Origin: Crocinitomicaceae bacterium
GTDB lineage: Bacteria; Bacteroidota; Bacteroidia; Flavobacteriales_D; Parvicellaceae
Direction of reading: 5' to 3'
DNA: 59,022 bases
NCBI GenBank assembly: GCA_018663635.1
Contig: JABJPZ010000240.1
Span: 1 to 59,022, forward strand
Position numbers and translations under genes: made by a program. The stretch's first letter is position 1. The number at the start of each line of letters is the position of its first letter. This document shows positions 38,457 to 48,532 of the stretch, piece by piece. Below the pieces are notes generated by a model. The model did no database searches, was not told where the DNA came from, and was given only the letters and a program-made list of their open reading frames with translations.

Positions 38457-38675
38457 AATTTTCTTTTTTATTAAGTTATCACAGTCAATTTAGTTAAATT
38501 TTAACATTATCGACAATTAGCCATAATATATCTATTAACAATTTAATTTTAACTACTAATAAAATTGTCGAACTCTCTTCATTGTGATATCAATTATTTG
38601 GTAAAAGATAAACTTTAGAACTTATTAAGTTCAAATACTCAAATGTCAAATAATAAGAAAATGAAAGAATTATTT

Positions 38676-39437
38676 TTATCCTCTAGTAAATATCCAATTC
38701 CATTCTGATGATTCTGCTTGATTATATTCATAACCGTCTAGATTAAATAGTTTTAAATGCTCAATATCCTGCAGTTGATTGGTGATCGCAAATCGAGCCA
38801 TTAACCCTCTAGCCCTTTTTGCGTAAGTCATTATTGTTTTAAATTCGCCATTTTTCCACTCTTTAAAAACAGGTGTTACAACTTCCGCATCTAACTTTTT
38901 TATCCTAATGGTTTTCGCATATTCAACAGATGCTAAATTGACTAGCGGTTTACCCGCAAGGTCAATTTTTAGAGATTCTGTTAGCTTATCTTGCCAAAAA
39001 TCATAAAGATTTTTAACCTTAGGCGTTACAGGAAATCGAGCACCCATCTCCAAACGGTAGGGTTGAATTAAATCTAACGGCTTCAAAGCCCCATATAAAC
39101 CCGATAAAATCCGCATATGATTTTGAGCGAAATTCAATTCCGATTCGCTCAGTGAACTAGCATCTAAACCTCGGTAAGCTTCACCTGTAAATGATAGCAC
39201 AGCTTGTTTTGAATTTTCAATTGAAAATGGAACGGACCATTCTTGAAATCGTTGGTGATTTAAATCCGATAAATCAGCACTTATGTTCATTAATGTCCCA
39301 AGCTGTTTGGCCGATAATTTCTTTAGTTTCTTTATTAAATAATGTGATTCAATGATGAATTCCGGCTGACTGTTTTCAGCAATATGTGGTTTAGATTCAA
39401 AGTCTAACGATTTGGCGGGGGATAATAATAGAATCAT
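38676..39437 (-). CDS. yaaA: peroxide stress protein YaaA (UPF0246/DUF328)
   Basis: 253 aa. The MILLLSPAKSLDFE N-terminus and GEAYRGLD motif are present. Confidence 0.88.
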   Translation of the reverse strand: MILLLSPAKSLDFESKPHIAENSQPEFIIESHYLIKKLKKLSAKQLGTLMNISADLSDLNHQRFQEWSVPFSIENSKQAVLSFTGEAYRGLDASSLSESELNFAQNHMRILSGLYGALKPLDLIQPYRLEMGARFPVTPKVKNLYDFWQDKLTESLKIDLAGKPLVNLASVEYAKTIRIKKLDAEVVTPVFKEWKNGEFKTIMTYAKRARGLMARFAITNQLQDIEHLKLFNLDGYEYNQAESSEWNWIFTRG

Positions 39438-39520
39438 TCAATTAAAAATATATCATTTTTGAAAAATTAACTACTGATAAACTTATTTCTAGCCTAGTAT
39501 TGTGTATTTCAATTTCTGTT

Positions 39521-40501
39521 TTATAAAACTAACACACTTTCTCTTACTAAACTTTGATAGCGTCCACCAGGATAATTTGCATTGTAATCAAAATTTAACC
39601 AAATGTACCCATCGTCATCTTTAAAATAGTGCACTGCATTGTCTTTTGACTCTTTATGAAATAATTCTGCTTTAATTATATATATAGCCGCTTCCAAAGA
39701 TTTCGAATCGCCAATTTTAACTTCAGGATATAAGTGCCCAACGATAGACGAGTCCTTCATGGCTACTTTCGTTCTAACAAGTCTAACTTCGCCACCAATT
39801 GATTTAATTAGCCCTCCAATTAAAATAGAGTAATCATCACAATCGCCTTTAAACTGATCATCATAATTTAATTGGTCAATGGTCTCACTAACCAGTGAAA
39901 AATAATCTTCTCCAAAAGGATCAAATACGTAGTTCCATCTCGCTCTGACTTCTTTGAAAATACTAAAATATTGTAGCATTTTTCTATGACGGTGCAAGTA
40001 TTGATAATCCTGAAAATTAGAAATAGCATAATTCGCTCCTAAATTCCGTACTCTTTCATTTTTATAATCTACAGCATCTAAAATACCTTGAGCGTTTCTA
40101 AATTGAACGTCCTGCCAAACTTCAAAGCTGGTTTTTTCGTGTTTTGCTTGAATACTATAGAGCATGGTTGAATAATCATGATACAAATCCTTCAATCCAT
40201 AGGTGCCACTGAAATTAGTATAAGTTAAAACCAGCAACCCGATGATGGCTAAACCATAAACAATTAAACGGAGCTTTTTAACCAACAAATAAACAGTTGC
40301 GAATACAAATACAAAAGTTATAACATGATCTACCCTGGTTTCCTCTCCGAACGGAAGAGAAATCTCAGGCACATAAGCATATACCAATATGAATACTGGT
40401 AATGACAATATTGCTGTAATTACCGCAATTAGAAATGTTGATGTAGACTCATTTTGAGTTAAAACATTCCGATACCATCTTTGAATTCTGTTTTTACTCA
40501 C
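39521..40501 (-). CDS. membrane-anchored transglutaminase-like (TGc) putative cysteine protease
   Basis: 326 aa with 3 N-terminal TM helices. The Cys-His-Asp arrangement is GDCDDYS ... GHLYPEV ... WLNFD. GTG start. Confidence 0.65.
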   Translation of the reverse strand: MSKNRIQRWYRNVLTQNESTSTFLIAVITAILSLPVFILVYAYVPEISLPFGEETRVDHVITFVFVFATVYLLVKKLRLIVYGLAIIGLLVLTYTNFSGTYGLKDLYHDYSTMLYSIQAKHEKTSFEVWQDVQFRNAQGILDAVDYKNERVRNLGANYAISNFQDYQYLHRHRKMLQYFSIFKEVRARWNYVFDPFGEDYFSLVSETIDQLNYDDQFKGDCDDYSILIGGLIKSIGGEVRLVRTKVAMKDSSIVGHLYPEVKIGDSKSLEAAIYIIKAELFHKESKDNAVHYFKDDDGYIWLNFDYNANYPGGRYQSLVRESVLVL

Positions 40502-40556
40502 AATATATTTATTTGCAATACCTTTATAACGTTTTAAAGATAAACTTCGTTGTCAT

Positions 40557-40964
40557 ATGAAGGAAAAGAAATTTATTATTCGTAAAACCGATAAGGAATG
40601 GAAAGCTCAATTAACCAATGATGAATTCCATGTTTTGAGAAAAAAAGGCACGGAAAGGCCATTTTCTGGAAAATATAATGCACACTTCGAATCCGGAAAT
40701 TATTGCTGCAAAGGGTGCGGCGAAGAGTTGTTTAATAGTGAAAACAAGTTTGAAAGTGGTTGTGGCTGGCCTAGTTTTGATAATGAAGTTACCGGAAACA
40801 AAGTAAAGCATGAAAAAGACTATACACTTGGAATGGCAAGAACAGAAATCTTATGTGCAAAATGCGGCTCGCACTTAGGGCATATTTTTAACGATGGTCC
40901 AACTTCAACGGGAATGAGGTATTGCGTCAATTCACTCTCAATTGATTTTACAAGAAAGCCATAG
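40557..40964 (+). CDS. msrB: peptide-methionine (R)-S-oxide reductase
   Basis: 135 aa. Two CxxC zinc pairs, GWPSF, and the catalytic RYCVNS are present. Confidence 0.95.
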   Translation: MKEKKFIIRKTDKEWKAQLTNDEFHVLRKKGTERPFSGKYNAHFESGNYCCKGCGEELFNSENKFESGCGWPSFDNEVTGNKVKHEKDYTLGMARTEILCAKCGSHLGHIFNDGPTSTGMRYCVNSLSIDFTRKP

Positions 40965-40987
40965 ACCATACTGAATAACCTCGACAG

Positions 40988-42208
40988 TCATCCATTATTC
41001 GCAACGACCGCCTTGACGCAATCGGCTGCCTCCTGAAGAGTAATTGCTGAGTGAACATTAAGTCCTGACTTGTCTATTATTTGCTTAGCTTCAACTGCAT
41101 TTGTCCCCTGCAGCCTTACAATTATAGGTACGGGTATATTTCCAATGTTTTTATACGCTTGAACTACGCCATTCGCTACACGATCACACCGAACGATACC
41201 ACCAAAAATATTAACAAGTATTGCCTTTACATTTGGGTCTCTCAAAATTATTTTAAAAGCTGTTTCAACTCTTTCGGCGTCCGCCGTTCCACCTACATCT
41301 AAGAAATTTGCCGGATTACCTCCCGAAAGCTTTATAATGTCCATTGTTGCCATTGCTAACCCAGCTCCGTTCACCATGCAACCTACGTTACCATCTAGAT
41401 TTACGTAATTAAGCCCTGCTTCACCCGCTTCTACGTCAATGGGATCCTCTTCTGACGTGTCTCTTAAAGCAGCATAATCAGGATGCCTGTATAAAGCATT
41501 GCCATCTAAGCTGACTTTTGAATCCACAGCAATAATTCGAGAATCAGAGGTCTTAAGCACCGGGTTAATTTCAAACATTGAAGCGTCACAACCTTCGTAG
41601 GCATTATACAAAGCTTTTACGAACTTTGCCATTTCTTTCATTGCTTTTCCAGAAAGCCCCAAATTAAATGCAACTTTTCTACATTGAAATCCCTGTATAC
41701 CGACTTTAGGGTCTATTTCTTCCTTAAATATAAGCTCTGGTGTTTTTTCTGCTACTTCTTCAATGTTCATTCCTCCCTCTGGAGAGTACATAATTATATT
41801 CTTACTTGTTTCCCTATTAAGTAAAACAGACATGTAATATTCTTCAGGCTCCTCATCTCCTGGATAATACACATCTTCTGCAATTAGGACTTTTCGTACC
41901 AGTTTGCCACTTTTTGACGTTTGAGCTGTAACTAAGTGTCCTCCGACAATTCCATTCACTTTTTCAGAAACTTCATCCAACCCTTTTGCAATAACAACAC
42001 CGCTAGAGCCTGATTCTTTGACAGTACCTTTTCCTCTACCTCCAGCATGAATTTGCGCTTTAACAATGAACCAATCTGTTCCTGTTTCTTTATTCAACTT
42101 TTTTGCAACGGTGATTGCCTCTTCCGCTGAAGCGGCAACTTCTCCTCTTTGAATCGCAACTCCATAACTTGCAAGTATAGATTTACCTTGGTACTCGTGT
42201 AAATTCAT
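40988..42208 (-). CDS. sucC: succinate--CoA ligase (ADP-forming) beta subunit
   Basis: 406 aa. The MNLHEYQGK start and the ATP-grasp and ligase-CoA motifs are present. Confidence 0.95.
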   Translation of the reverse strand: MNLHEYQGKSILASYGVAIQRGEVAASAEEAITVAKKLNKETGTDWFIVKAQIHAGGRGKGTVKESGSSGVVIAKGLDEVSEKVNGIVGGHLVTAQTSKSGKLVRKVLIAEDVYYPGDEEPEEYYMSVLLNRETSKNIIMYSPEGGMNIEEVAEKTPELIFKEEIDPKVGIQGFQCRKVAFNLGLSGKAMKEMAKFVKALYNAYEGCDASMFEINPVLKTSDSRIIAVDSKVSLDGNALYRHPDYAALRDTSEEDPIDVEAGEAGLNYVNLDGNVGCMVNGAGLAMATMDIIKLSGGNPANFLDVGGTADAERVETAFKIILRDPNVKAILVNIFGGIVRCDRVANGVVQAYKNIGNIPVPIIVRLQGTNAVEAKQIIDKSGLNVHSAITLQEAADCVKAVVANNG

Positions 42209-42228
42209 TTATTCCGATTTAGTTTGTT

Positions 42229-42258
42229 CAAAAGTAATTTTAATAAATCAAATTCAAA
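42229..42258 (-). promoter_or_regulatory. candidate sucC promoter
   Basis: The minus strand reads TTTG, an 18-nt spacer, then TACTTTTG. The -7 box ends 20 nt upstream of the ATG. Confidence 0.4.
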
Positions 42259-42299
42259 ATTATTTCAGTTATGTTTATGTCCTTGATATTTGAAGAAAT

Positions 42300-43187
42300 A
42301 TGAGCTATGAAAAACACCACATAACAATAGATGCAGACCAAGTTGCCTTGCATCGATTTTATAAAAGTAACAATGATGTTCCTGTGCTGCTGTTACACGG
42401 ATCTATTGAAAACGGCAAAATATTCTATACCAAAGGAGGAAAAGGCTTAGCACCCTACTTGAGTCAGTTGGGCTTCGACGTCTATGTTCCAGATATGAGA
42501 GGGAAAGGTGAAAGTATGCCAAAAGTATCTTCAAAACACAACCATTCGCAATTCGAACAAATCACTGTTGATATTCCTAGATACCTGGAGAAAATAAAAA
42601 ACATTAGACCTTTCTCTAAAATTCATTTTGGAGCACACAGCTGGGGAGGTGTTTTACTATTGGGCTATTTAGCACGATTTAATGATAAAAGAGTTTGTTC
42701 TATGGTATTTTTTGGAACAAAACGAAAAATCTACATAAAGACATTACAAAAAAAATTATTGATTGATTTAGGGTGGAGCTGGCTAGGTCGATTCGCTATC
42801 AGTAAGAAAGGGTACTTTCCAGCAAAGGATTGGAAATTAGGAGCAGAAAATGAACCTAAAAATTTTTATTTACAAACAGATATTTGGCTAAAAAGTAACG
42901 ATTGGATTGATTCTATTGATGGCTTTAATTATAAAGAATCAATCCGTGGACTTAATTTGCCACCTACTCTTTACATTAACGGAATTAAAGATCGTGTATT
43001 AGGCAACCCTTCAGATGTTCAACAACTCATTGATGAAACGGGTGCAAATAAAAATACACAAACCTTGTTAATCGGAAAAAGAAATGGAAATCTGGCGAAC
43101 TATGGCCATATTGATATGCTCACTCATCCAAAAGCTCCTTCCGATCATTTTCCTGCAGTTGCAGAATGGTTTAAGCGCTTTGATTAA
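42300..43187 (+). CDS. alpha/beta-fold hydrolase
   Basis: 295 aa. Contains the nucleophile elbow GAHSWGG and a C-terminal His (GHIDM). Confidence 0.8.
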   Translation: MSYEKHHITIDADQVALHRFYKSNNDVPVLLLHGSIENGKIFYTKGGKGLAPYLSQLGFDVYVPDMRGKGESMPKVSSKHNHSQFEQITVDIPRYLEKIKNIRPFSKIHFGAHSWGGVLLLGYLARFNDKRVCSMVFFGTKRKIYIKTLQKKLLIDLGWSWLGRFAISKKGYFPAKDWKLGAENEPKNFYLQTDIWLKSNDWIDSIDGFNYKESIRGLNLPPTLYINGIKDRVLGNPSDVQQLIDETGANKNTQTLLIGKRNGNLANYGHIDMLTHPKAPSDHFPAVAEWFKRFD

Positions 43188-43196
43188 CTATATTTA

Positions 43197-43856
43197 ATGC
43201 GCATGATTGAAACTAGAAATATTTTTAAGTCATTTGGACCTTTGGCCGTTTTAAAGGGCGTTAATTTTCGAGTTAAAAAAGGAGAAATTTTAGCAATTGT
43301 TGGCGCTTCTGGAGCTGGTAAAACAACTTTTCTACAGATATTAGGAACCTTGGACAAACCGGATTCTGGCGAGATTATTTTCAACGACACGGATATTGCT
43401 TTGATGGGGAAAAAAGAATTAGCTAAATTCAGGAATCAGCACATTGGTTTTGTTTTCCAGTTTCATAACCTTTTACCCGAATTTACCGCGCTGGAAAATG
43501 TATGTATTCCTGGTTTTATTGGTAAAAGACAAAAGAAACAAGTTCAAGAAAAAGCTACTTCACTATTACAACACCTTGGGTTAAACGATAGATTGCATCA
43601 TAAACCTTCAGAACTATCGGGTGGAGAACAACAGCGGGTTGCTGTTGCACGAGCGCTAATTAATGATCCTGATTTAATTCTTGCCGACGAGCCTTCGGGT
43701 AATTTAGACTCACAAAATGCAAGAGACCTTTATGATTTGTTTAAAGTCCTAAGAAACGATTTCCAACAAACTTTTGTTATTGTAACACACAATGAAGAAT
43801 TTGCACATCTAGCCGATAGAACCATTAAAATGAAGGACGGAATTATAGTTAAATAA
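43197..43856 (+). CDS. lolD: ABC transporter ATP-binding protein, LolD/MacB-type
   Basis: 219 aa. Contains Walker [10 protein letters not shown], the signature LSGGEQQR, and Walker B ILADEP. Confidence 0.8.
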   Translation: MRMIETRNIFKSFGPLAVLKGVNFRVKKGEILAIVGASGAGKTTFLQILGTLDKPDSGEIIFNDTDIALMGKKELAKFRNQHIGFVFQFHNLLPEFTALENVCIPGFIGKRQKKQVQEKATSLLQHLGLNDRLHHKPSELSGGEQQRVAVARALINDPDLILADEPSGNLDSQNARDLYDLFKVLRNDFQQTFVIVTHNEEFAHLADRTIKMKDGIIVK

Positions 43857-43876
43857 GTCTATAATTCAAAAGCCAT

Positions 43877-44641
43877 ATGAAACAACAAGAGCTTACTCTT
43901 TTTCTTGAAGAAAAAGTGCTGAAATACAATCAATCTAGCTTTATCGACAAGGATCCAATTCAGATCCCGCATCAGTTTTCCAATTCCGAAGACATTGCAA
44001 TAGCAGGGTTTTGTACGGCGACAATTTCATGGGGTCAGAGAGCCACAATAATAAAAAATGCAAAAAAATGGATGCGAATTATGGGGAATTCTCCACATGA
44101 CTTTACCATGACGGCATCGGATAAGCAGCTGGGGCGGTTTCAAGATTTCAAACACAGAACTTTCAATGGGCAAGATGCTGTTTTTTTTATTAAAGCTTTG
44201 CGTTCGATTTATATAGAATATGACTCACTTGAAAATGCTTTTCAGACAGGGATTCGGGATTTTGATAAGGATTTGTTTCATGCATTAATTCATTTTAGAA
44301 AAAGGTTTCTTAGACCAGCTTCTACCAGAACAAGTAAACACGTTGCTAATCCTGAAACAGGAAGTGCAGCTAAACGATTGAATATGTTTTTACGGTGGAT
44401 GTGCAGGAAAGATCAACAAGGGGTAGATTTAGGTATTTGGTCTATTTCTCCCTCACTCCTATCCTGCCCATTAGATGTCCATTCTGGACGAGTAGCTAGA
44501 CACTTAGGATTGCTCAATAGAAAACAAAATGACTGGAAAGCCGTACTAGAGCTAGATACCGCTTTACGAAAAATGGATTCAAATGACCCAGTAAAATATG
44601 ATTTTGCACTTTTCGGATTGGGTGTTTTCGAAGATTTCTAA
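43877..44641 (+). CDS. TIGR02757/DUF2400 family protein (function unknown)
   Basis: 254 aa. DKDPIQIPHQF...ISWGQR and the C-terminal LDVHSGRVARHLGL look like this family, from memory. Confidence 0.65.
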   Translation: MKQQELTLFLEEKVLKYNQSSFIDKDPIQIPHQFSNSEDIAIAGFCTATISWGQRATIIKNAKKWMRIMGNSPHDFTMTASDKQLGRFQDFKHRTFNGQDAVFFIKALRSIYIEYDSLENAFQTGIRDFDKDLFHALIHFRKRFLRPASTRTSKHVANPETGSAAKRLNMFLRWMCRKDQQGVDLGIWSISPSLLSCPLDVHSGRVARHLGLLNRKQNDWKAVLELDTALRKMDSNDPVKYDFALFGLGVFEDF

Positions 44642-44726
44642 TACTTCCTCAAAATGTTTTGCGAAATTTTATACAACTACTCCGTTGTATTCCGTCAAAT
44701 CCAAATTCAACACTAAAAAATTAAGG

Positions 44727-44758
44727 CAAAAAAAAGCCCCAGCTAAAACTGAGGCTTT
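44727..44758 (-). terminator. rho-independent terminator after rpsA
   Basis: The minus strand reads AAAGCCTCA-GTTTTAGC-TGGGGCTTT followed by a T8 run. Confidence 0.7.
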
Positions 44759-44776
44759 GATATAAAGAGTAAAAGT

Positions 44777-47011
44777 TTATTTACCTTTTTCCATTTTCTC
44801 TTTTAAAGCAGATAATGCATCTAAATCACCAAGAGTTGTTTTTTCTTGTTTAGAATTTAGATCTTTCACCGCCTTTGAAGCACCTCCACCATCTTTCTTC
44901 TTCTTACTTACTCCACTTTCCACTTCATTAGAGTAGGTTAATGTATGAGAAACAATGATTTTTTTCGAATCTTTATTGAACTCCAACACTTTAAAATCAA
45001 GTACATCTTCTGCCTCAACTTTTGAACCGTCCTCCTTCTTCATGTGTTTAGCAGGCGCATATCCTTCAACACCATAAGGTAGAGATATAATTCCAGTCTT
45101 GTCTTGAAGTTTAATAACTGTACCTTGATGCACGGAGCCATCAACAAATACAGACTCAAAAACATCCCATGGATTCTCTTCAAGTTGTTTATGACCAAGA
45201 GACAATCTACGACCTTCTTTATCGAGCTCTAATACAAGGACATCTAATTCGTCGTCTACATTACAAAACTCTGATGGATGCTTGATTTTTTTGGCCCAAG
45301 AAAGATCAGAAATGTGAATTAATCCATCAATTCCTTCTTCCAGCTCAACAAACACACCAAAATTTGTGAAGTTTTTAACTCTCGCTTTGTGCTTAGATTC
45401 AATTGGGTATTTTGATTCTATTTCAGCCCAAGGGTCTGGCATAAGTTGCTTAATTCCTAAAGACATTTTTCTTTCTTCCCTGTCTAAAGTCAATACTTGC
45501 GTTTCTACTTCATCGCCAACTTTCAAGAAATCTTGTGCACTTCTTAGATGCTGTGACCAGCTCATTTCAGAAACGTGAACCAATCCTTCCACTCCAGGCG
45601 CAATCTCAATAAATGCACCATAATCAGCAATAACAACCACTTTACCTTTAATAGCATCGCCTACTTTAAGCTCTGTCTGAAGTGCTTCCCAAGGATGCTC
45701 TTGCAATTGCTTTAAGCCCAATGCTATTCTTTTCTTGTCATTATCAAAATCCAGAATAACAACATTCAATTTTTGGTCGAGCTCAACAATTTCCTCTGGA
45801 TGGTTTACTCTACCCCAAGAAAGATCTGTAATATGAACCAGTCCATCGACACCGCCAAGATCAATAAATACCCCGTATGAAGTGATGTTTTTAACTGTAC
45901 CTTCAAGAACCTGACCTTTTTCAAGTGTTCCTATAATTAGTTTCTTTTGTTGCTCAAGTTCCGCTTCAATCAATGCTTTGTGCGAAACAACTACATTTCT
46001 AAATTCATGGTTTATTTTAACTACCTTGAATTCCATGTTCTTTCCTACATACAAATCGTAATCTCTTATTGGCTTCACGTCGATTTGAGAACCAGGTAAA
46101 AATGCTTCTATTCCAAAAACATCAGCAATTAAACCGCCTTTTGTTCTGCATTTTACAAATCCAGTAATTACTTCGCCTGTTTTCAGCACCTCATTTACCC
46201 TATCCCAGGCCTTGTGGGTTCTTGCTCTTTTATGAGAGACAACTAACTGTCCAGTTTTATCTTCTTGTTTTTCGATAAAAAGATCAACAGGGTCTCCAAT
46301 TTTGAGTTCAGGATTATATCTGAATTCGTTAATCGGCACTACACCTTCAGACTTGTATCCTATATTAACAACTACCTCTTTTTTGGTAATTGCAACAACA
46401 GATCCGCTCACTACTTCTTTTTCTGTTATTGAGGTAAGCGTACCATCGTACATTTCATCGTATTTAACGATGTCTTCTTTTGAATATCCTTCAATTCCAG
46501 CTTCAAAAGCATCCCAATCAAAATCCTCTGGAGCAACATTTTCATCTGCTGGTGCTTCAGCCAATATTGCAGACTCTTCCTCTGCAACAGGTTCTGCTGC
46601 TACTGCTTCAGCAACTACTGCTGGCGCCTCTTCTTCTGCTGCTTCTTCGGCAACTACTTTAGGCGCCTCTTCTTCTGCAACAGGTTCTGCTGCTGCTTCT
46701 TCGGCAACTACTTCTGGCGCCTCTTCTTCTGCAACAGGTTCTGCCGCTGCTTCTTCAACAACTACTTCTGGTGCATCTTCTTCTGCAACAGGTTCTGTTG
46801 CTGCTTCTTCAGCAACTACTTCTGGTGCCTCTTCCACTGCAACAGGTTCTGCCGCTGCTTCTTCAGCAACTACTTCTGGTGCCTCTTTTTCGTTAGGGGT
46901 TTCTTCTGAAATTTCTTTTTCCGCAACTTGACTTGGTGCTTCTGCGGCTACTTCTTGCACCTTTTCTGACTTCGCTTCTTCGTTTTTAGCGATTTTTTTC
47001 TCGTCTGCCAT
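44777..47011 (-). CDS. rpsA: 30S ribosomal protein S1 with an expanded acidic repeat N-terminus
   Basis: 744 aa. Six S1 (OB) domains follow the Bacteroidota-type FDWDAFE motif. Residues ~43-144 are repeats of EAPEVVAEEAAAEPVAEE. Confidence 0.95.
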   Translation of the reverse strand: MADEKKIAKNEEAKSEKVQEVAAEAPSQVAEKEISEETPNEKEAPEVVAEEAAAEPVAVEEAPEVVAEEAATEPVAEEDAPEVVVEEAAAEPVAEEEAPEVVAEEAAAEPVAEEEAPKVVAEEAAEEEAPAVVAEAVAAEPVAEEESAILAEAPADENVAPEDFDWDAFEAGIEGYSKEDIVKYDEMYDGTLTSITEKEVVSGSVVAITKKEVVVNIGYKSEGVVPINEFRYNPELKIGDPVDLFIEKQEDKTGQLVVSHKRARTHKAWDRVNEVLKTGEVITGFVKCRTKGGLIADVFGIEAFLPGSQIDVKPIRDYDLYVGKNMEFKVVKINHEFRNVVVSHKALIEAELEQQKKLIIGTLEKGQVLEGTVKNITSYGVFIDLGGVDGLVHITDLSWGRVNHPEEIVELDQKLNVVILDFDNDKKRIALGLKQLQEHPWEALQTELKVGDAIKGKVVVIADYGAFIEIAPGVEGLVHVSEMSWSQHLRSAQDFLKVGDEVETQVLTLDREERKMSLGIKQLMPDPWAEIESKYPIESKHKARVKNFTNFGVFVELEEGIDGLIHISDLSWAKKIKHPSEFCNVDDELDVLVLELDKEGRRLSLGHKQLEENPWDVFESVFVDGSVHQGTVIKLQDKTGIISLPYGVEGYAPAKHMKKEDGSKVEAEDVLDFKVLEFNKDSKKIIVSHTLTYSNEVESGVSKKKKDGGGASKAVKDLNSKQEKTTLGDLDALSALKEKMEKGK
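46582..46890 (-). repeat. coding tandem repeat, 54-nt unit, about 5.7 copies, inside rpsA
   Basis: CTGCAACAGG recurs at 46675, 46729, 46783 and 46837 (exact 54-nt phase), plus a degenerate copy from 46582. Confidence 0.9.
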
Positions 47012-47096
47012 ATGGCTTTCAATTTGTATCTCACTTATCGGTAATTGTGAGAGGAATTAAACATAGCCTTTACCGTTAGACTTTACTTAAGGGGTG

Positions 47097-47104
47097 CAAA
47101 TGTA
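47097..47104 (-). promoter_or_regulatory. candidate -7 box (TACATTTG) for rpsA
   Basis: The minus strand reads TACATTTGCACCC, 86 nt upstream of the rpsA ATG. Confidence 0.45.
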
Positions 47105-47121
47105 GTAATTTTTGTTCGAGT

Positions 47122-47150
47122 GGCTAAAATTGCTTTTGATTATTTTAGCC
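47122..47150 (-). terminator. stem-loop after mpl (possible terminator without a U tract)
   Basis: 9-bp perfect stem GGCTAAAAT / ATTTTAGCC with an 11-nt loop, 24 nt after the mpl stop. No T run follows, so the call is weak. Confidence 0.3.
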
Positions 47151-47173
47151 GGTTTAAGATTCAGGACCCAATA

Positions 47174-48532
47174 TCACATCAACTCATCTGCCAATTCTCC
47201 AAAATTAACACCATTGAAATTACCTGAACTCATCATTAATAAATTTTTGCCCTTCCAACTCAGTTTTCGAAGTTCATCAATGATTGTTTCGGACTCTATA
47301 TAAACTTCCACATTAGCAGTTGCAAAAGCCTCCATGACATCTTCCTTACTTAATGGACTCAGCTTTTTATGTATTAGAACTTTAGGGTCGAAATAAACCA
47401 ATGCCCTGTCAGCTGCAATCATCGCACCATTGTATTCGGTCAAAAACTCTTTGTTCAATGAACTAAAAGTATGCAGTTCCATGCAAGCTATTAATTCCCT
47501 TTTTGGATATTGCTGTTTCAGTGCATTTGTTGTTGCTTTCAATTTACTTGGCGAATGCGCAAAATCTTTATACATCACTGCATTATTTGTTCTCTTAACC
47601 AATTCCAAGCGTTTTGACGCTCCCTGAAATGTAGCTATTGCAACGTAAAATTGATCTTCGGAAAGGCCCAATTCTCTACACACTAATTTGGCTCCATTTA
47701 AATTTTGCAAATTGTGATCTCCAAAAACAGCAATACGTACATCGCCTACATCTGTTTTCAAACACGTCACTCCTTCTTCAATAAAATGATCATGAGTGCC
47801 ATATGTATATTTTCTAATTTCCTTGCGAGCCCTTTCAGCAACTCCAACAGCCTCTTCATCACCATCAAAATAAATTAATGCCCCATCTACTGTTATTTTA
47901 TCAATAAACGTATCAAATTGTTCAACATAATTTGAGAAAGTTGGGAACACATTGATATGATCCCAAGCAATGCCACTTAGAAGCGCAATATCCGGTTGAT
48001 ATAAGTGGAATTTTGGACGTCTATCTATTGGGGACGACAAATATTCATCTCCCTCTATAATCGCGATAGAAGCAGAATCTGAGAGGCGCACCATACAATC
48101 AAATCCGGATAACTGAGCCCCAACTAGGTAATCCGCATCTAATTCGTGATACTGCAATACGTGAAGAATCATTGACGTAATCGAAGTCTTACCGTGACTT
48201 CCTCCAATTACTACTCTTTTTTTATTCTTGGTTTGTTCATATATAAATTCAGGATATGAAAATATTTTCAAACCTAAATCTTGAGCCTTATTTAATTCTA
48301 CATTATCTTCTCTAGCATGCATTCCTACGATTACCGCGTCTAATTCTATATCAACTTTTGCTGTGTTCCAACCAATCTTTTCAGGTAAAAGTCCATATTT
48401 TGCTAGTCTTCCTTTGGAAGGTTCAAATATTTCATCATCTGAACCAGTTACCAAATAACCTTTGTGATGAAGTGCTATTGCTAAGTTATGCATCGCACTC
48501 CCTCCGATAGCAATAAAGTGAACTTTTAACAT
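47174..48532 (-). CDS. mpl: Mur ligase family protein, Mpl-like (UDP-N-acetylmuramate:L-Ala-gamma-D-Glu-meso-DAP ligase)
   Basis: The ATG at 48532 gives MLKVHFIAIGGSAMHNLAIAL... Contains GGSHGKTS (P-loop) and Mur ligase middle and C-terminal domains. The track start at 48565 is TTG. Confidence 0.8.
   Translation of the reverse strand: MLKVHFIAIGGSAMHNLAIALHHKGYLVTGSDDEIFEPSKGRLAKYGLLPEKIGWNTAKVDIELDAVIVGMHAREDNVELNKAQDLGLKIFSYPEFIYEQTKNKKRVVIGGSHGKTSITSMILHVLQYHELDADYLVGAQLSGFDCMVRLSDSASIAIIEGDEYLSSPIDRRPKFHLYQPDIALLSGIAWDHINVFPTFSNYVEQFDTFIDKITVDGALIYFDGDEEAVGVAERARKEIRKYTYGTHDHFIEEGVTCLKTDVGDVRIAVFGDHNLQNLNGAKLVCRELGLSEDQFYVAIATFQGASKRLELVKRTNNAVMYKDFAHSPSKLKATTNALKQQYPKRELIACMELHTFSSLNKEFLTEYNGAMIAADRALVYFDPKVLIHKKLSPLSKEDVMEAFATANVEVYIESETIIDELRKLSWKGKNLLMMSSGNFNGVNFGELADELM

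Noticed and set aside
38510-38571. 9-bp perfect inverted repeat TCGACAATT ... AATTGTCGA, 44 nt apart, in the 219-nt AT-rich spacer between yaaA and the small membrane-protein gene
   Set aside because: A single short AT-rich inverted repeat in a long AT-rich spacer could arise by chance. There are no further copies in the window and no adjacent regulator to link it to.
46582-46890. Regularly spaced 54-nt repeats that could superficially resemble a CRISPR-like array
   Set aside because: The units are directly adjacent with no unique spacers. They are in-frame inside rpsA and encode a repeated peptide. No cas genes are present.
46302-46931. 209-aa plus-strand ORF rich in SSATGSAAASSATTSGASS repeats (plus a 60-aa ORF at 46480-46662)
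   Set aside because: It is the antisense shadow of the rpsA tandem repeat. Its low-complexity frame stays open only because of the repeat composition. rpsA on the minus strand is unambiguous.
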